32,000 nucleotides of DNA from Pyrobaculum calidifontis JCM 11548 (GTDB taxonomy: Archaea; Thermoproteota; Thermoprotei; Thermoproteales; Thermoproteaceae), in NCBI RefSeq assembly GCF_000015805.1, contig NC_009073.1:300001-332000 (forward strand). The letters are read 5' to 3'. Positions 30,448 through 32,000 of this stretch are shown here, piece after piece. Made by a program: the position numbers and the translations under genes. The notes below the pieces were generated by a model. That model was not told where the DNA came from. It saw only the letters and a list, made by a program, of their open reading frames with translations, and made no database searches. Numbering within the stretch: the first letter of the stretch is position 1; each line of letters starts with the position of its first letter.

Positions 30448-31389
30448 ATGCTGTGGACTGTTTTGCTGTATGCAAATGGCACAGTCCTCCTGTTGCTCAA
30501 CGCCACCTTAGCCGGGGTTGTGGCCAACGTCTCTCTCCCGGCGTCTCCCCTCGCCAAGCCCTACGTCGCCCTCGACGGGGTGCCTGTGCCCTTCCTCTTC
30601 GAGGGGGACAGAGTCGTGGTGCCTCTGGGGGGCGGGGGCGTGGTGACAGTCAAGTACGTGCCCAGGCTCGGGGAGCTGGACGGCTTTCTCTACTTCAACC
30701 TAACTACGCCCGACCTCTTCGTGATATGGGCCGAGGCTGGCGTCTTGGCCCTCCCTCGCCTAACCGTGCTGAATTTCACCAAGGTGGGTAACGACGTGAT
30801 TATAGTGGCCAAGGGCCCCGGCGCCCTAGCCTACGCCAAGGTGTCAAATGTCACACGGCCCCCGGCATCCACGCCGCAGAGCACCCCAACGTCTACGCCC
30901 CCCAGCCCCGCCCCAGCTACTGCGCAGAGCATCACGCCGGCCCTCCCCGCCACAACAACGACGACGCCTGTTGTAAATGTGCCGCACACTCAAGCATCCA
31001 CGGCGTCCCCCTCAAGCGTGGTATCGCCGACTGCCGCGGCCCCGCCTATAGCGACCCCCGCCGGGCCTATCTCAACGGGTAGCCCCTCGCCCAGCGGCCA
31101 GCTTTTGCTGGCAATTGGCGTGGCCGCCGCCCTGGCGGCTCTGGCCGCCGTCTTTGTCAAAGGGAGACGCGGCGGTGGGGGTGGCGCTACTGTGGGCGGC
31201 CTCTCTGAGGTAGATGAGAGAATTTTGGCTTATCTGAGGGAGAGGGGCGGCGCCTATGAGTCTGAGATTGCCAGAGACTTGGGCATTCCGCGTACCACTG
31301 TGTTTAGGGCTGTGCGGCGGCTGGAAGAGGCGGGTCTCGTCATCGTGGAGAAGAGAGGCGGCAGGAATTTTGTTAGAAGAGTTGGCTGA
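30448..31389 (+). CDS. membrane-anchored winged-helix regulator (signal/ectodomain, Thr/Pro/Ser linker, TM, cytoplasmic wHTH)
   Basis: ATG 30448 (MLWTVLLYANG) lies about 22 nt downstream of AATATATTTT (30421-30430). The linker is an ~80-aa T/P/S-rich stretch. The TM helix is LLLAIGVAAALAALAAVFV. The C-terminus ERILAYLRERGGAYESEIARDLGIPRTTVFRAVRRLEEAGLVIVEKRG is MarR/ArsR/TrmB-like. Confidence 0.75.
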   Translation: MLWTVLLYANGTVLLLLNATLAGVVANVSLPASPLAKPYVALDGVPVPFLFEGDRVVVPLGGGGVVTVKYVPRLGELDGFLYFNLTTPDLFVIWAEAGVLALPRLTVLNFTKVGNDVIIVAKGPGALAYAKVSNVTRPPASTPQSTPTSTPPSPAPATAQSITPALPATTTTTPVVNVPHTQASTASPSSVVSPTAAAPPIATPAGPISTGSPSPSGQLLLAIGVAAALAALAAVFVKGRRGGGGGATVGGLSEVDERILAYLRERGGAYESEIARDLGIPRTTVFRAVRRLEEAGLVIVEKRGGRNFVRRVG

Positions 31390-32000
31390 GCTCGATTCCG
31401 GCCAGCGTCGTGGCCACTGCGGCGGCGGTGGCCAGCGCCGAGAGTTTTAGGTAGTCTCGTAGAGGTAGCCCGGTCTCTTTGTAGACTAGGTAGACTGCGG
31501 GGTGTGCAAAGGGGAGTAGTATGGGCATTGTGCCGAGTATGTACATCATGAGGGCGGCTTGGTTTGTTATAAGGGGCCCTAGCACCACGGCTGAGGGCAC
31601 TAGGCCTATGGTGTTTGTGGCTAGTATGGCTGTGGCAAAGACCGTCGTGGGGCTGTTTAGATACTGGGCGAGGGGCTGTAGGACTCCGGTCTGTGCCACG
31701 GCTTGTCCAATCCCTATGAAGGAGCCTACGTAGATGAGGGTTTCCCATGATACCATTTGGTATAGCCTTTCCACTGCTCTGCCGCCGCCTGCCAATGCGA
31801 CAAAGGTTCCCGCTATAAAGGCGAGCGCCGTGTCTGTGAATTGGCTAAGCGCCACCGCGACGGCCAGTCCGGCGAGCCCGGAGGCGGCTAGCCTAGGCCT
31901 AAAAGTCTTCACGGGCGACTTCGCTCTCTCCAGTCTGTAGTACGCGGCTAGGCGTTCTATGGCCTTCTCGTCGCCTGCCACTAGGAGCTCGTCGCCTGGC
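31373..32000 (-). CDS. C-terminal permease half of an SLC13/ArsB-type ion transporter with an internal TrkA-C domain (partial, runs off the right edge)
   Basis: The reading frame is open to the window edge (...PGDELLVAGDEKAIERL is the end of an RCK_C domain). It is followed by about 6 hydrophobic helices (VSWETLIYVGSFIGIGQAVAQTG...). Confidence 0.7.
   Translation of the reverse strand, partial: PGDELLVAGDEKAIERLAAYYRLERAKSPVKTFRPRLAASGLAGLAVAVALSQFTDTALAFIAGTFVALAGGGRAVERLYQMVSWETLIYVGSFIGIGQAVAQTGVLQPLAQYLNSPTTVFATAILATNTIGLVPSAVVLGPLITNQAALMMYILGTMPILLPFAHPAVYLVYKETGLPLRDYLKLSALATAAAVATTLAGIELSQLF

Noticed and set aside
31254-31748. 164-aa minus-strand ORF and several plus-strand ORFs overlapping the HTH gene and the permease
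   Set aside because: They have R/H/P/S-rich shadow composition and overlap two better-supported genes.
1-32000. CRISPR arrays, rRNA genes, IS elements and transposases
   Set aside because: Reading both strands, I found no regularly spaced identical repeats with unique spacers, no rRNA-like conserved segments, and no terminal inverted repeats with a DDE-type or IS200/605-type ORF.

Overview
GC-rich archaeal chromosome segment. It looks crenarchaeal and Thermoproteales/Pyrobaculum-like. This is inferred from multi-intron tRNA genes with non-canonical intron positions, A/T boxes about 25 nt upstream of start codons (leaderless geometry), frequent ATGA stop/start overlaps, and the gene families present. 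Housekeeping genes flank three accessory regions. Housekeeping content: a radical-SAM protein, PEP synthase, an MscS-like channel, a TrkA-C protein, a Cys/Met PLP enzyme, NreA, USP, a CBS protein, an MFS transporter, a TauE permease, Sec61beta, and three tRNAs. (1) 7699-20342: a 17-gene cluster, all on the minus strand, built around a type IV filament core. The core is a ParA/MinD-like ATPase, a FlaI/TadA-type secretion ATPase, a FlaJ/TadBC-like polytopic platform and a class-III-signal pilin. It also has six small N-terminally anchored proteins, a coiled-coil C-terminally anchored protein, a 979-aa secreted sequon-rich protein and several unknowns. The cluster is punctuated by a recurrent stop-codon-embedded A/T motif with fixed 29-31 nt spacers. 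This is my best candidate for an undescribed system. (2) 26235-28745: tRNA-Leu(CAG) followed by a 2.45-kb insertion. The insertion is bounded by a perfect 29-bp duplication of the tRNA 3' end. It carries a single 665-aa ORF, no recognisable integrase, and a 64-bp-periodic repeat/hairpin array. (3) 28795-30422: directly abutting that insertion, an ABC-type ATPase plus a small acidic-motif protein (AbiL/PARIS/OLD-like two-gene architecture), followed by a membrane-anchored wHTH regulator. Two additional calls are absent from the ORF track: a canonical-geometry C/D box sRNA candidate and a 58-aa Sec61beta gene. No CRISPR array, rRNA or transposase was seen. All functional calls rest on motif recognition by eye; no database search was run.
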